A stretch of DNA of 63,030 bases, the filler included, from Octopus bimaculoides (Eukaryota), in the NCBI RefSeq assembly GCF_001194135.2. It is 6 parts of 6 records of this genome, joined end to end, with 100 filler letters (N's around TTAATTAATTAA, not from the genome) between each part and the next. Parts side by side here need not be neighbours in the genome. Positions count along the whole stretch, not along the records: positions 36,430 to 56,744 come from NC_069002.1; positions 56,845 to 58,457 come from NC_068996.1; positions 58,558 to 60,502 come from NW_026335819.1; positions 60,603 to 63,030 come from NW_026338833.1; 2 more parts are not named here. The stretch is one strand, 5' to 3'. Made by a program: the position numbers and the translations under genes. How positions within the stretch are numbered: the first letter of the stretch is position 1; every line of letters begins with the position of its first letter. This document shows, piece after piece, positions 51,130 through 63,030 of this stretch. A model generated the notes under the pieces. It searched no databases. It had not been told where the DNA came from and worked only from the letters and a program-made list of their open reading frames with translations.

Positions 51130-53760
51130 GAAAAATATGAAAACAAGATGGAAAAATTCCCAAATGACATTCCTGACCGAATTGGAAGAAGATTCATCAT
51201 TGAGGGACTAAAATCAATCCTACAGAATAGCTTTCTTAACTACAACAAAAACACTTAGAAACAAAAATCTTGGACTGCAACGAGAACGAGGGTCGCCCCT
51301 ACTTTTGCTAACCTTGTCATGACATACTTGGAAGTTCAAATATATGAACTCGCCAGACTGTCAATTGGTGACAACTTCCAAAAATACTTACTCGCCAGCT
51401 GGAAACGCTACCTGGACGATTGTTTCATTCTGTGGTCACATAAACCTTAATCAACTCTTGAAATTTAAAGACTTAATTAACAACATTAACCACAATATTC
51501 AATTTACGATGGAATACAGTCACAAACAGTTACCCTTTCTGGACATTTTAATCGCTAAAAGAGATACTAACATTGAAAACGACATCTATTTTAAACTAAC
51601 AGACTCAAGAATATTTACTATTCTCTCCCTGCCATCTAAAAACATAATAAAATCAATATACCTTTTAACTCGGCGAGAGGAATTTGCACGATTGTATCAA
51701 ATCCCGAAACCCAGGATAAACAGCTTCAAAAACTTTAAAATATATTACTAGAAAGAAATTACCCGGTTAGTCTAATCAAAAACAGAATATAACGTGCAAA
51801 AACGATAGACATCCAAGAATTACAAAAAGCAAGAAACCTCCCTAACACTTAAAACTGTCTTACGTGTCAACACACAATCCAAGGAACATGAAAACATACA
51901 ACATCATCCATCAGAACATACTCCTCCTACTGAACGACCTGCGAATGAAAAAAGCACTCGAAGCACATAAAATTATTAAAAGTAAAAGACAATCCAAATC
52001 CCTAAGAAAGGTTACTTAGCAAGCGCTACGGGAACTGCATCAAGCTTAGGAAAGGTTCAGCATGTGAATTCAAGTCAGGTCAAATAGTCCTCATACAAAA
52101 TCCCTTTACCTGTGCATCGAATATATTTTCAGATATGGTGGAGAACACACAGGTCAAACGAGACTGACGATACACTAGCAAAAGATCCGGGATCTCACGG
52201 CGAAGGAAAATTCCCGTAAACAAACACTTAGATCAATGCCTCGCAAACATAAATCCGAAATACCAAATTTTCCCTCTCTGTCAATGCACCAGAAACAATT
52301 GAAACCAATTCCGATTGAATAAGGAAAGTATGTTCATCACAAAGTACAAAGCACAACTAAATATCCTGTAATAACACACCAGAAAGAGAAAACCCAATTT
52401 ATTCCAACAGATATAATTCGAAAAGTTTAAGTAACAGGCTTCCTCGGGGATTCGAAGCCCCGACTCCAAATTATACAATAGCTATACAATAACTATACAA
52501 TAACACCAAACACCTCAAATACCAGTTGCTGACCAAACCAATGAAACTTTTCTCTGTTCAAAATCGGACTCTCAGGAGAAAAACAAATAGTGACTTCTTA
52601 AAGGAAGCAACACAAAGGAACGCTAAATGACCATCAAGCAAAACAAGTTACCGAGTCCCTACCATGAAGTCAACCAAACAAAACGCTGAACTTTGCCAAA
52701 ACAAAAACATTTTGTCCAGAACGGAAAATATTTCTGATCAACGTAAGTAATGTTACGAAACATACAACCAATTAGAACTTGTTTTTTGACCATAGTCAAC
52801 AAAGAATAGACGTTACCAGGAAGTCAACCAACGAAAACGCTAGACTTTGCCAAAACAAAAATATTTTGACCAAAACATTCACGAGAAAAACAAAAAGACG
52901 TCATCAAAGTTATAACTAATCAAAACTTGATCTTTTACCGTAAAAACATAAATATACTAAAATATTTGGGCTTATAACATTTCGAACTCTAACAAGCTAA
53001 GAAGGTAAATAAGACGCATGCACTTCGACTGAAATTGAAAAAGAACTACACGCAGCAGACATAAATTGTAGAAAAACACATTTTTCTTTCTCTCTCTCTA
53101 TTTCTCTTTCTTCCCACTTTTTTTTAATAAAAACTTAATATCACTGAACTTTCAATCATGTGTATTTGTTATGATCTCCATCGAACATTTGAGCTTATAT
53201 TATTGTCTATCTCGGTAAAACTCATTGAAATTTCTGTGAACATTTGAACATTTGATCGTTTAAACATGTTTTTCTGATTTTTACCTTGTTACTTAAAACT
53301 CTTCTAAACCATTTATCTATATTTTTGAATTATTGATAAGCAAAAAATTGCCGTAATTGGTTTGGTATTTGAATAGGTCTATTACAAAATTTAAAAGCTA
53401 CGACGTTTTAAGATTCAGGTGCATTTTCAAATCCCAAAACGAATTCTCATATATATATTTTTTTTTATATATCTTTTAAGGTATTTATTTTTTTAATACT
53501 TGCTTTACTTCCTTTTTTATCCCTTCCCGTTTTTTTGCTAACATTAAACATGACCAACTCCCTGAATCGTTGATGTAACCATAATATTCTGATGTGCTAG
53601 CTCTCTTTATTTGTATTGATTTCTGAAAATACAATTTCATTATTTTCTAATGCATAGCATGCATATTAATGCAAACGCGTAAACATAATTCTATTCTACA
53701 TTGCTATTATTATCATATGATGAAGGTTGCGAAACGGCTGTACTCCCAAGGATGCCAAGT
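51130..53760 (+). mobile_element. Decayed Penelope-like retroelement (RT, GIY-YIG region, long 3' region)
   Basis: GTATRTRVAPTFANLVM, WKRYLDDCFILW (51400-51435), NINHNIQFTME...LPFLDILI; many stops; degenerate hammerhead-like ATGATGA..GAAA-CGGCTG-TA at 53717-53742. 3' boundary approximate. Confidence 0.85.
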
Positions 53761-53811
53761 GGTTAAATAAAAATATTCATGTCTCATGCCTCCTGACCTT
53801 TTATGTTTTAT

Positions 53812-53853
<42 letters not shown>

Positions 53854-54057
53854 NNNNNNNNNNNNNNNNNNNNNNNNNNNNNNNNNNNNNNNNNNNNNNN
53901 NNNNNNNNNNNNNNNNNNNNNNNNNNNNNNNNNNNNNNNNNNNNNNNNNNNNNNNNNNNNNNNNNNNNNNNNNNNNNNNNNNNNNNNNNAATGAAGCCTT
54001 GGCCTGGAGGAACTGATGTCATCAGACGGTACCCAACATTCATCGGGTGTTTCGATT

Positions 54058-54098
<41 letters not shown>

Positions 54099-54099
54099 T

Positions 54100-54870
54100 G
54101 AGATAAAAATCCAAGGCTGTAAAGATTTCAGGACATTTATAAATAGAAGGTCTTACAGCTGTTTCCGGGATATTTTATATATCCCTTCATCGGAGACGGT
54201 GTGAACAAAAATTTGTCAAGAACGCAAAACATCCAGACAGTTAGGTGATACAAAAAAGGGGACAACAAAATATCCAGATAGACGATACAAAGAAAACAAG
54301 GACGGATCATTCAGTCGAATTCCAGATTATCTTTGCAATTTCGGCTGGTTATACTCGAGATTGCTCCAATCTGACCAGCCCCACGGAAAGCTAAGCTAAG
54401 AGCATTAGATTCTTTGGAAGAAAGCAGCGAATGTATACGAAAACAAGGACGGGAAAAAACGGAGAATTGTTACACAAATACAAATGCAAATAACAGGACA
54501 TAACAGGTGTCTTTCGACTAAGGACGAATTAAATTAAGCTGGCGTGTGTGGAAGTAAAGCCTTACNNNNNNNNNNACGAATTAAATTAAGCTGGCGTGTG
54601 TGGAAGTAAAGCCTTACGGCAGGGACATAAGATTTGACAGGCACAGGGAGGAATATAGATGTTGCATGGACGGTAGTCAAACCAAGAAAGAAAGGTCAGA
54701 CTTGGCCGAACACCAGTCAAGTGGGGAGAGAAGAGAGAGAGATAGAGGCAGAGGGTTAGAAGAATTAAGGAGGGGCGTGAAAAAAGATGAAAGGGACAGA
54801 GTGAAGTGAAAGAGGAGGGAAAATGAGCAGGAAGAGGCCAGGAAATGTGAGAGTTTTGTCTCTTATATAT
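54100..54870 (-). mobile_element. Penelope-associated (pLTR-like) repeat with hammerhead
   Basis: Shares about 100 bp around the hammerhead with 30800-30910; the remainder is unassigned. Confidence 0.5.
54150..54197 (-). ncRNA. Minimal type I hammerhead ribozyme motif, core variant CCGATGA
   Basis: GTCT CCGATGA A GGGATAT ataaa ATATCCC G GAAA CAGCTG TA AGAC; stems I and II fully paired, palindromic stem III. Confidence 0.75.
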
Positions 54871-54958
54871 GTATATGTATGTATGTATATATGTATGTAT
54901 GTAAGAGAATCTATATTATATGTATATGTGTGTGTGTGTATATATATATATGTATATG

Positions 54959-54999
<41 letters not shown>

Positions 55000-55019
55000 T
55001 GGTTATCTACTCCTTATGC

Positions 55020-55400
55020 AGAGTTTGACCACCTCCTGTACCTACACCTTAGATCCATTACGGTTTCTGATGTGACTTTTTAAACCAGGCATTGTATTGA
55101 AAAGATGCACATACATTGCATATCGAATTTGGACCGGCAAGAGCTGCAGTGGAATTCTGATCTTTGTGGATCTTAAAATGCCTTTTGGGGCCTCCCTTAG
55201 AATTGCAGACCTTATAGAATACACGGCACTGAAAGGTGTGCACAGATATATATAGGCAGAACAGTTGATGGAGATTCGTATTTCAATGAGATTTGAGCCC
55301 AGTAAAAGAAAGCCATGGTCTGTCACAAACCGTGCACACAAAAAGGTCGCTGAGATTCAGCTTCTCGATCGCAACATTCTTCTTTAAATCTCCCTTGGGT
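55020..55400 (-). mobile_element. Decayed LINE ORF2 C-terminus with C2H2-like fingers (or a ZNF pseudogene fragment)
   Basis: FQCRVFYKVCNSKGGPKRHFKIH...ICNVCASF....KSH. Confidence 0.45.
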
Positions 55401-55440
55401 CTTGCATGTGTTATCCAGGGATGTTTTTGCTTTATTTAGA

Positions 55441-55511
55441 AGAGGAGAAAGTTTAAGAGGAGAAAGTTTAAGAGGAGAAAGTTTAAGAGGAGAAAGTTTA
55501 AGAGGAGAAAG
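55441..55511. repeat. 15 bp minisatellite (AGAGGAGAAAGTTTA) x4.7
   Basis: Four identical units by direct reading. Confidence 0.95.
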
Positions 55512-56019
55512 ATAAGGATCAGGACAATCGAGAAAGATTTCATTTTCCTAATTTATGACTATTGTATTAATATTTATCGTTTGTTTGTGCAAAACATGGG
55601 ATTACACGGAATACGGCATTTGGCTCAACGGGTGTGAAGGAATGTAGAATTTCATTGAACTTTGAACTCGTTTTATTTTCAAATTTTATAGTGATGGCTG
55701 CACCCACTTAACAATCAAAAAAATTTTTCTTCCTCTCTTTTCTTATCTTTCCCATCCTACTTCCGAGTATTGACATCTTGAAAGGTCATCTAGCCATTAG
55801 CTCCCACTATGAGAAGATGTTTATTTACAAATATGGTGATAGGTATACAACGAGAAAGAAAAGAAAAGGAAGCGAAAAAAAGAAAAAATGCTTTGTAATG
55901 AAATTTCAATGGGTTGGCCACATCTTTCTATCTTGTCTTGGTCCCAAAAATATTTTTTCTTCCTCTATTGTCTCCAAAACAAACAATATAGTTGAAAGGA
56001 AACCTCTCTCTCTTTCTCT

Positions 56020-56094
<75 letters not shown>

Positions 56095-56491
56095 TTATAT
56101 CTTCTCCCACCCCTTTTCTTTTCCTTTTCGATTGTCCTACTCCTTATCTCTTTCTTTCTAAAAAAATAAACAAAATATTTTTCTCCTCTTCTTCTAAACA
56201 AAACAAAAAAATATCCGTTTCACATAAAAGAACAAGGAAATGTTCTGTTTTTATCCTTTTGGTTTTAACTTTTGTCTTGAAGAGTTCGGTTAAACAAATG
56301 AAAATGGTAATAAAAAATTATCCAAAATTCTCATTATACAATGTCTATACACCACTTAAAACACTCAATACATACACACACGCACGCATACACACACACA
56401 CGCATACACACACACACCACATACATAAATTATAAATTAATCATAAACAACGAAAGCAGTTTTCATACCAAAAGGTAATCTTTATATCCAA

Positions 56492-56550
56492 CTACACCGA
56501 ATACTGCGTTTTGATTATCAGAGATAATAATGCAGTATTCGGTGTTCTAG
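56492..56550. other. Hairpin, about 59 nt (14 bp perfect stem plus 6 bp inner stem)
   Basis: acaccgaatactgc (56494-56507) / gcagtattcggtgt (56532-56545); inner attatc/gataat. Confidence 0.85.
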
Positions 56551-57402
56551 AAACTCATCCTTGTTAAGTTAAGATACATATATAGTTACACATATATATA
56601 TATGTGTGTGTATGTGCGTGTGTGCGTGCGTGTGTGTGTGTGTATGTGTGTGTGTATGTGTGTGTGTGTGTGTATGTGTGTGTGTGTGTGTATACGGATA
56701 TATATACGTATATATGTATATATATATATGTGTATATATATATANNNNNNNNNNNNNNNNNNNNNNNNNNNNNNNNNNNNNNNNNNNNTTAATTAATTAA
56801 NNNNNNNNNNNNNNNNNNNNNNNNNNNNNNNNNNNNNNNNNNNNAAGAGACAGAGTGTGAGTGAGTCAAGGGGGGGGGTGTGAGACAGAGTGAGAGAGCG
56901 GTGTGTATGTAGTATTTACTCTCTCTCTCTCTCATACACACTCACACACACACTCGCACGCAAAATAGAGAGTGAAGCTTTTTGCCGTTGTTACGTCAAT
57001 ACCGGAAGTTGACATTGAAGAACCTTTTTAAAGAAGTGAATCTTAAATATAAAGCAATATTATTTATTTTTAATTAAAAAAATCAAATGAAGAGCCTAAC
57101 ATTTATCCGAGGTCAAATTATTCATGCATCACAAGTATGGAAGCATTTGGTGAAGTTGATTTCACGTGAAAAGCGATTACACACACATCTCTGTTTTATA
57201 TATAGTATAGATATAGATTATTATCAACTGTAAATCTAGAATTTAGAGACTTAACTTTACCAGTTTATATCTGAAGCCTTATGAAACCCTTCTTTTTGGC
57301 TTTGTTTCTCATTTTAAAGTTATATTGTAAATATAATTCTCACATTTTGTATTTGTTAAACAAATTAAATGATAACTCATTATTTTTTTTCTCTTATTTT
57401 AG

Positions 57403-57443
57403 AACTTTCTCCATCAGAAGTCAAGTGTTTAGATGCCAGTAAG
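57403..57443 (+). CDS. Candidate plus-strand exon ((E)LSPSEVKCLDASK, phase 1 to 0)
   Basis: ttttttttctcttattttag| acceptor and aag|gtaagt donor, both near consensus. Confidence 0.45.
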
Positions 57444-57552
57444 GTAAGTGAAAACAAAAAAAAGCCCCAAGTTTTAGTTCCTCATTGGTTTATAATCTTG
57501 GGATTTATTATTTTGTTTCTTAATGAGAAATTTAGAAAAAAATACTATATTT

Positions 57553-57660
<108 letters not shown>

Positions 57661-57699
57661 ATATGTAGATCAAGCATAGGAGTTACTGTGACTGAGAAG

Positions 57700-58060
57700 T
57701 TCACTTCCCAATTACATTTTTTCCAAGTCCAGTTCCACTGCATGGCACCCTGGACAAGTGTCTTTTATACCCCTGGGCTGATCAAAGCCTTTGAGAGGAT
57801 TTTGTAGATGGAAACTGAAACAAGCTTATTGTATATGTGTATATATGTGTGTATCTGAGTGGATGTCATCTTCATTGTCATCATTTAATATCTGTTTTCC
57901 ATGCTGGAATGGGTTGGACGTCTGGACCAGAACTGATAAGGCCAGGGGTTGCACTAGGCTCCATTGTCTGTTCTGGCATGGTCTCTATGACTGGATGCCC
58001 TTCCTAATGCCAACTGTTCCACAAGTGGGTGATTTTTATGTAATACCAGCACCTGTGCAT
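57700..58060. mobile_element. SINE family A head (+) followed by RTE-derived 3' fragment (-)
   Basis: ttccaagtccagttccactgcatggcaccctggacaagtgtc; tttccatgctggaatgggttggacg...ctggatgcccttcctaatgcc. Confidence 0.7.
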
Positions 58061-58571
58061 GTATATAAATATATTTCTATATGTTTATCATCAGCATGTG
58101 TATGTGTATATATTTATATATATTTATCACTAGTGCATCACGTGTGTGTGTATGTATGTGTATATGTGTATATATGTATATGTATGTATATGTGTATGTA
58201 TGTTTATATAGGTATGTATATGTGTATGTATGCATGTATATATAGGTATGTATGTATATGTATATATATATGTTTATATGTACGTATATGTGTATATGTA
58301 TGTATGTATATGTGTGTGTGTATACATATATATATATATATATGTGTATATATGTGTGTATGTGTGTATGTGTATATATATGTGTATGTGTATATATATG
58401 TGTGTATATGTATATATATGTGTGTGTGTATATATATTCGAGGTATTTCGTTTTGCANNNNNNNNNNNNNNNNNNNNNNNNNNNNNNNNNNNNNNNNNNN
58501 NTTAATTAATTAANNNNNNNNNNNNNNNNNNNNNNNNNNNNNNNNNNNNNNNNNNNNTATATATGTGTGTG

Positions 58572-58604
<33 letters not shown>

Positions 58605-58605
58605 A

Positions 58606-59471
58606 TACTAGCTGGTGTACCCGGTAATTTCTGGGAAAGCGGGGCTTATCCCTTGGTTCCGTTCTCATAGCTGTTTTGCTAATCCAATAACAATACAAAG
58701 TATGTAGCCCTTCAAATGGTTTTTGTGCATTTACACAGAATACAGAACTGTCTTACACTGGATCTTATTTTTAGGAATTCCCAATAAGTTATAACTACCC
58801 AAATTGTGGTGTCAGTTGTGTAATAACAAGAAATTAGTTACCCGATAGTAAGAATTCAAATGAAGTAGCCCCGAAAAGGGGTTTAATGCGTTCCCAGAGT
58901 ATATAGAACTTAGGAGGAAATACTAATAAGGTATGTATACTAAAATCATGAAGCGTTTTATGTAATAGCAGGCTAATCAGATATGAGATAATAACAATTC
59001 AAAGTAAATAACTCTGAAAAGGGCTTTTGTGTGTTCCCAGAGAATATTACCCTCAGGGGTGCTAGTGTTGGTATATTCGTGAATAAGTCACGAACCGAAA
59101 TAAGTGGATATGTTGGTTAGGAAAATACTATTTACTTGTTTAAGGGTTGTACTGGATAAATTGCGAAAATAACTCTAACAGTTCAAATACTAAGAAACAT
59201 GCATACTCAATTTGATTTATACTAAATGATTTAGGAAAATGAAAGGGTTATTTCCCTTGGTTTTTAAAATAAAATAGATATATATAAGAATCCCTTCTAG
59301 GGGCCTTATTATCGATCTTTTTTCAACAATCTGAGTATGCCACAAGGTTTCCAGACATGAGTTCTACTCATGTGTCAAGTTTCATCAAAATCGATAAAAC
59401 GATGTAGGAGGAGTTAGCTAACAACTCCACAAACACACCCACAGATAGAATTTCCCACATATGTAGTAGAT
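58606..59471 (+). mobile_element. Helentron/DINE-like element with degenerate internal repeats of about 150-160 bp
   Basis: Starts tactagctggtgtacccgg; ends with a stem-loop and atgtagtagat; related blocks at about 58701, 58861 and 59005. Confidence 0.65.
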
Positions 59472-59517
59472 ATATATATTTATACAAATATATTTATATG
59501 TATACGAGTGTGTGTAT

Positions 59518-60502
59518 ACATCATCATCATCATCATCATCATCGTTTAACGTCCGCTTTCCATGCTAGCATGGGTTGGACGATTTGACTGAGGACTGGTG
59601 AAACCGGATGGCAACACCAGGCTCCAGTCTGATTTGGCAGAGTTTCTACAGCTGGATGCCCTTCCTAACGCCAACCACTCAGAGAGTGTAGTGGGTGCTT
59701 TTACGTGTCACCCGCACGAAAACGGCCACGCTCGAAATGGTGTCTTTTATGTGACACCCGCACAAGCCAGTCCAGGGGCACTGGCAACGATCTCGCTCGA
59801 AAATCCTACAGGAGCCAGTCAGGCGGTACTGGCAACGGCCACGCTCAAAATGGTGCATCTCATGTGCCACCCGCACAAGAACCAGTCCAGGGGNNNNNNN
59901 NNNNNNNNNNNNNNNNNNNNNNNNNNNNNNNNNNNNNNNNNNNNNNNNNNNNNNNNNNNNNNNNNNNNNNNNNNNNNNNNNNNNNNNNNNNNNNNNNNNN
60001 NNNNNNNNNNNNNNNNNNNNNNNNNNNNNNNNNNNNNNNNNNNNNNNNNNNNNNNNNNNNNNNNNNNNNNNNNNNNNNNNNNNNNNNNNNNNNNNNNNNN
60101 NNNNNNNNNNNNNNNNNNNNNNNNNNNNNNNNNNNNNNNNNNNNNNNNNNNNNNNNNNNNNNNNCTCACGCACAGCCCATTTCCAAAGGTCTCGGTCCGT
60201 AGTCATCGCCTCGGTATTCACATTGACATTACACATCCAACGGAGCATACTGGCTTCATTCCTTGCGAGCTTACGTATGTCCTCAGCAGTTACAGCCCAT
60301 GTTTCACTGCCATGTAGCAAATATATATGTATATATATTTATATACCCGTCAGAGTGTAAGTATCTTGAGAGAAAAGCTGAACATTAGAAGCATCAGTTG
60401 TGGCGTGCAAGAGAGACGATTGCGCTGGTATGGACATGTGGTGAGAATGGAGGAGGATAGCTGCGTGAAAAAGTGCCACACCCTAACAGTAGAGGGAACC
60501 CG
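59518..60502 (-). mobile_element. RTE LINE 3' end, rearranged (internal segment inverted upstream)
   Basis: Minus LHGSETWAV...MLRWMCNVNVNT|EAMTTDRDLWKWAVRE; plus RQSVSILREKL...RRLRWYGHVVRM at 60343-60502; (GAT)n tail. Confidence 0.9.
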
Positions 60503-60662
60503 NNNNNNNNNNNNNNNNNNNNNNNNNNNNNNNNNNNNNNNNNNNNTTAATTAATTAANNNNNNNNNNNNNNNNNNNNNNNNNNNNNNNNNNNNNNNNNN
60601 NNTATGATTGTGTATAAGTAGTAGGATAGAGAAAGCTGCTGCCGCTAACTTCGCCTTCGCAG

Positions 60663-60692
60663 GACATCGTTAGACAACAGTTTAACAACTGA
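60663..60692 (+). CDS. Candidate plus-strand last coding exon (DIVRQQFNN*)
   Basis: gctaac branch-like motif and ttcgccttcgcag| acceptor; phase 0 fits the donor at 57443. Confidence 0.3.
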   Translation, partial: DIVRQQFNN

Positions 60693-61971
60693 GATATTCG
60701 GCAGGATGGGGTACGATGTGGTTGTGGTGGTGGTGGTGGTGGTGGTAGGGTAAGGGTTCGGTAAGGTGAGGTTCAGCAAGGTAAGTGGGCGAACCCTCAG
60801 AGGGGATTTCGAAAGGCCACTTTGATCAAGTACTTAGTAACAGGGGAGCTGCAGAGGAAGCTCACTGTTGCCGGTTTGTCTACAATGCTAAAACACCGCT
60901 TCTGTCAGCTGGACGCACTCGTATGTGTGTGTGTAAGTGGATACACACACACACACACACGCATTTACACACGCACACACGCACACACACATATATATAT
61001 ACTCATAAATATACACATATATATATATACACACATATATATATACTCATATAAGTATACATATATACACACACATATATATATATACGTATACATACAC
61101 ATATATACACTCATACATAAATATACATATATATGTATACATATGCATATATATATATGCATACATAGAATACATGCATATATACACATATACACATATA
61201 TATATGTATACATATGCATATATGTAAATATACTTATATACATGTACATATTTATATATACGTGAATATATTTATATGTATATAGCACGCATATATATCT
61301 GTGTGTCTGTGTGTGTCTCTCTCGATACACACACACACAAACACACACACACACANNNNNNNNNNNNNNNNNNNNNNNNNNNNNNNNNNNNNNNNNNNNN
61401 NNNNNNNNNNNNNNNNNNNNNNNNNNNNNNNNNNNNNNNNNNNNNNNNNNNNNNNNNNNNNNNNNNNNNNNNNNNNNNNNNNNNNNNNNNNNNNNNNNNN
61501 NNNNNNNNNNNNNNNNNNNNNNNNNNNNNNNNNNNNNNNNNNNNNNNNNNNNNNNNNNNNNNNNNNNNNNNNNNNNNNNNNNNNNNNNNNNNNNNNNNNN
61601 NNNNNNNNNNNNNNNNNNNNNNNNNNNNNNNNNNNNNNNNNNNNNNNNNNNNNNNNNNNNNNNNNNNNNNNNNNNNNNNNNNNNNNNNNNNNNNNNNNNN
61701 NNNNNNNNNNNNNNNNNNNNNNNNNNNNNNNNNNNNNNNNNNNNNNNNNNNNNNNNNNNNNNNNNNNNNNNNNNNNNNNNNNNNNNNNNNNNNNNNNNNN
61801 NNNNNNNNATATATATATATATATAATCGGGGAACCGAAGGGGACCAAGGAATATCAGCAAACCCGGAAATGAGGCGGTCACCGAAGAAAGGGTGAAGGA
61901 CGGCCATTGATGCTCTGGTTTTTTAATAATTTCTTATGTTATATTATATTATATTATATTATATTATATTC

Positions 61972-62085
61972 ATAGTTCGGCAAAAGAGACCGATAGAATA
62001 AGTACCAGGCTTACAAAGAATAAGACCTGGGGTCGACTTCTGTGACTAAAAACCCTTTAAGGCGATGCTCCAGCATGGCCGCATA
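61972..62085 (+). mobile_element. SINE family A, 3' fragment
   Basis: gttcggcaaaagagaccgatagaataagtacc. Confidence 0.85.
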
Positions 62086-62399
62086 CACAAACACACACAT
62101 ACATACATAATAAGTATTTATATATGTATGTATACACGTACTTATCTATCCATATCTATATATGCATGCATATATAGATTTATATATATGTTTTTTTTTT
62201 ATCAACAATGATATCCCCAGGCGTCACGCGGCTTAATGGGTCAGATCAATAATCTATGTCGAAGGAGTTAGTTTCAAGTGACACTCCACTCTCAAACTCT
62301 TCGTCTCATTACCCACTTCTTGCCCCACCCGCAACTTTTCTAGCTTCACTCATTCACTCTGGAATTCGATTATTCTTTCGTTTTCATTCGTTTTGTATA

Positions 62400-62750
62400 T
62401 CTTTCATTCCACTCACCCAATTGTTTTTTTTTTTACTACTTCTTTCACATTCACTCATTCACATTATCTCAGTCACTCATTCACGCACTCACTCACATTT
62501 CTCATTCACTCTCTCACATTTCTCATTCACTCACTCTCATTTCTCACTCATTCACTCACTCACTCATCCATTAATCCACTCTTTCCTTCACGTTCTCAAT
62601 CACTCACTTCCTCACTCATTCATTTATCCACTCATTCCCTCACTCATTCATTCATCCACTCATTCCCTCACGCATTCAATCACTCACTTCCTCACTCATT
62701 CATGTATTCACTCATTCCTTCACGCACTCAATCACTCACTCCCTCACTCA
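62400..62750. repeat. Degenerate (TCAY)n tetranucleotide repeat
   Basis: Direct reading. Confidence 0.9.
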
Positions 62751-62754
62751 TGCC

Positions 62755-62940
62755 TGACTGACACTCGGCGGCGTTGGTTTGTTTACGTCTCCGCAAGAAC
62801 AGTTCGGCCGAAAAAAAAATACCCGATCGAATAACTCACCAGACTCAGAATTCCTGGCTCTGTTTGCTCGACTACAGCCTTCAACGCCGTGCCCCAGCAT
62901 GGCCGCGGCCCAATGACCGAAGCAAGTGAAGAATAAACGA
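62755..62940 (+). mobile_element. SINE family A, diverged 3' half
   Basis: gtttacgtctccgc...gttcggccg...ccccagcatggccgc. Confidence 0.7.
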
Positions 62941-63030
62941 TGGCCAAGATTGCCCACGTGCTCCAACTATTCTTCTTGTTGTTGTTCACGATGTTGATGA
63001 TGATGATTATGATGATAATGTTTTTGTTGT

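Noticed and set aside
54020-54060. CTGATGA and GAAAC on the minus strand as a further hammerhead
   Set aside because: The order would need a type II fold, but only 4 nt are available for stem I and stem III pairs poorly.
54524-54617. Direct duplications of 40-50 bp across 10-N gaps (also around 4014 and 36970)
   Set aside because: Exact duplication on both sides of a fixed-size gap indicates unmerged contig overlap.

Overview
AT-rich, repeat-dense, gapped animal genomic DNA. The SINE, RTE, Penelope and mariner repertoire looks like an octopus draft assembly; this is inference from repeat families, not a database match. Most long ORFs in the supplied track are microsatellite or N-gap artefacts. 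Supported content: (i) many tRNA-headed SINEs of at least 4 families, here called A-D; (ii) a 1.3 kb mariner with both TIRs, further mariner fragments and an internally deleted DD37D/maT-like element; (iii) a near full-length R4/Dong-type LINE, smaller R4/Dong pieces, RTE 3' ends, a decayed Penelope-like element and Helentron/DINE-like non-autonomous elements; (iv) several hammerhead-ribozyme motifs, one downstream of a tRNA-like Pol III head; (v) a perfect 177 bp inverted repeat enclosing telomeric (CCCTAA)4; (vi) isolated exon-like segments suggesting a long-intron minus-strand gene for a multi-pass membrane protein, a candidate recursive splice site, and two or three short plus-strand exon candidates. 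No CRISPR array, rRNA or intact tRNA gene was seen. Gene models are tentative and were built by eye, and many repeat boundaries are approximate.
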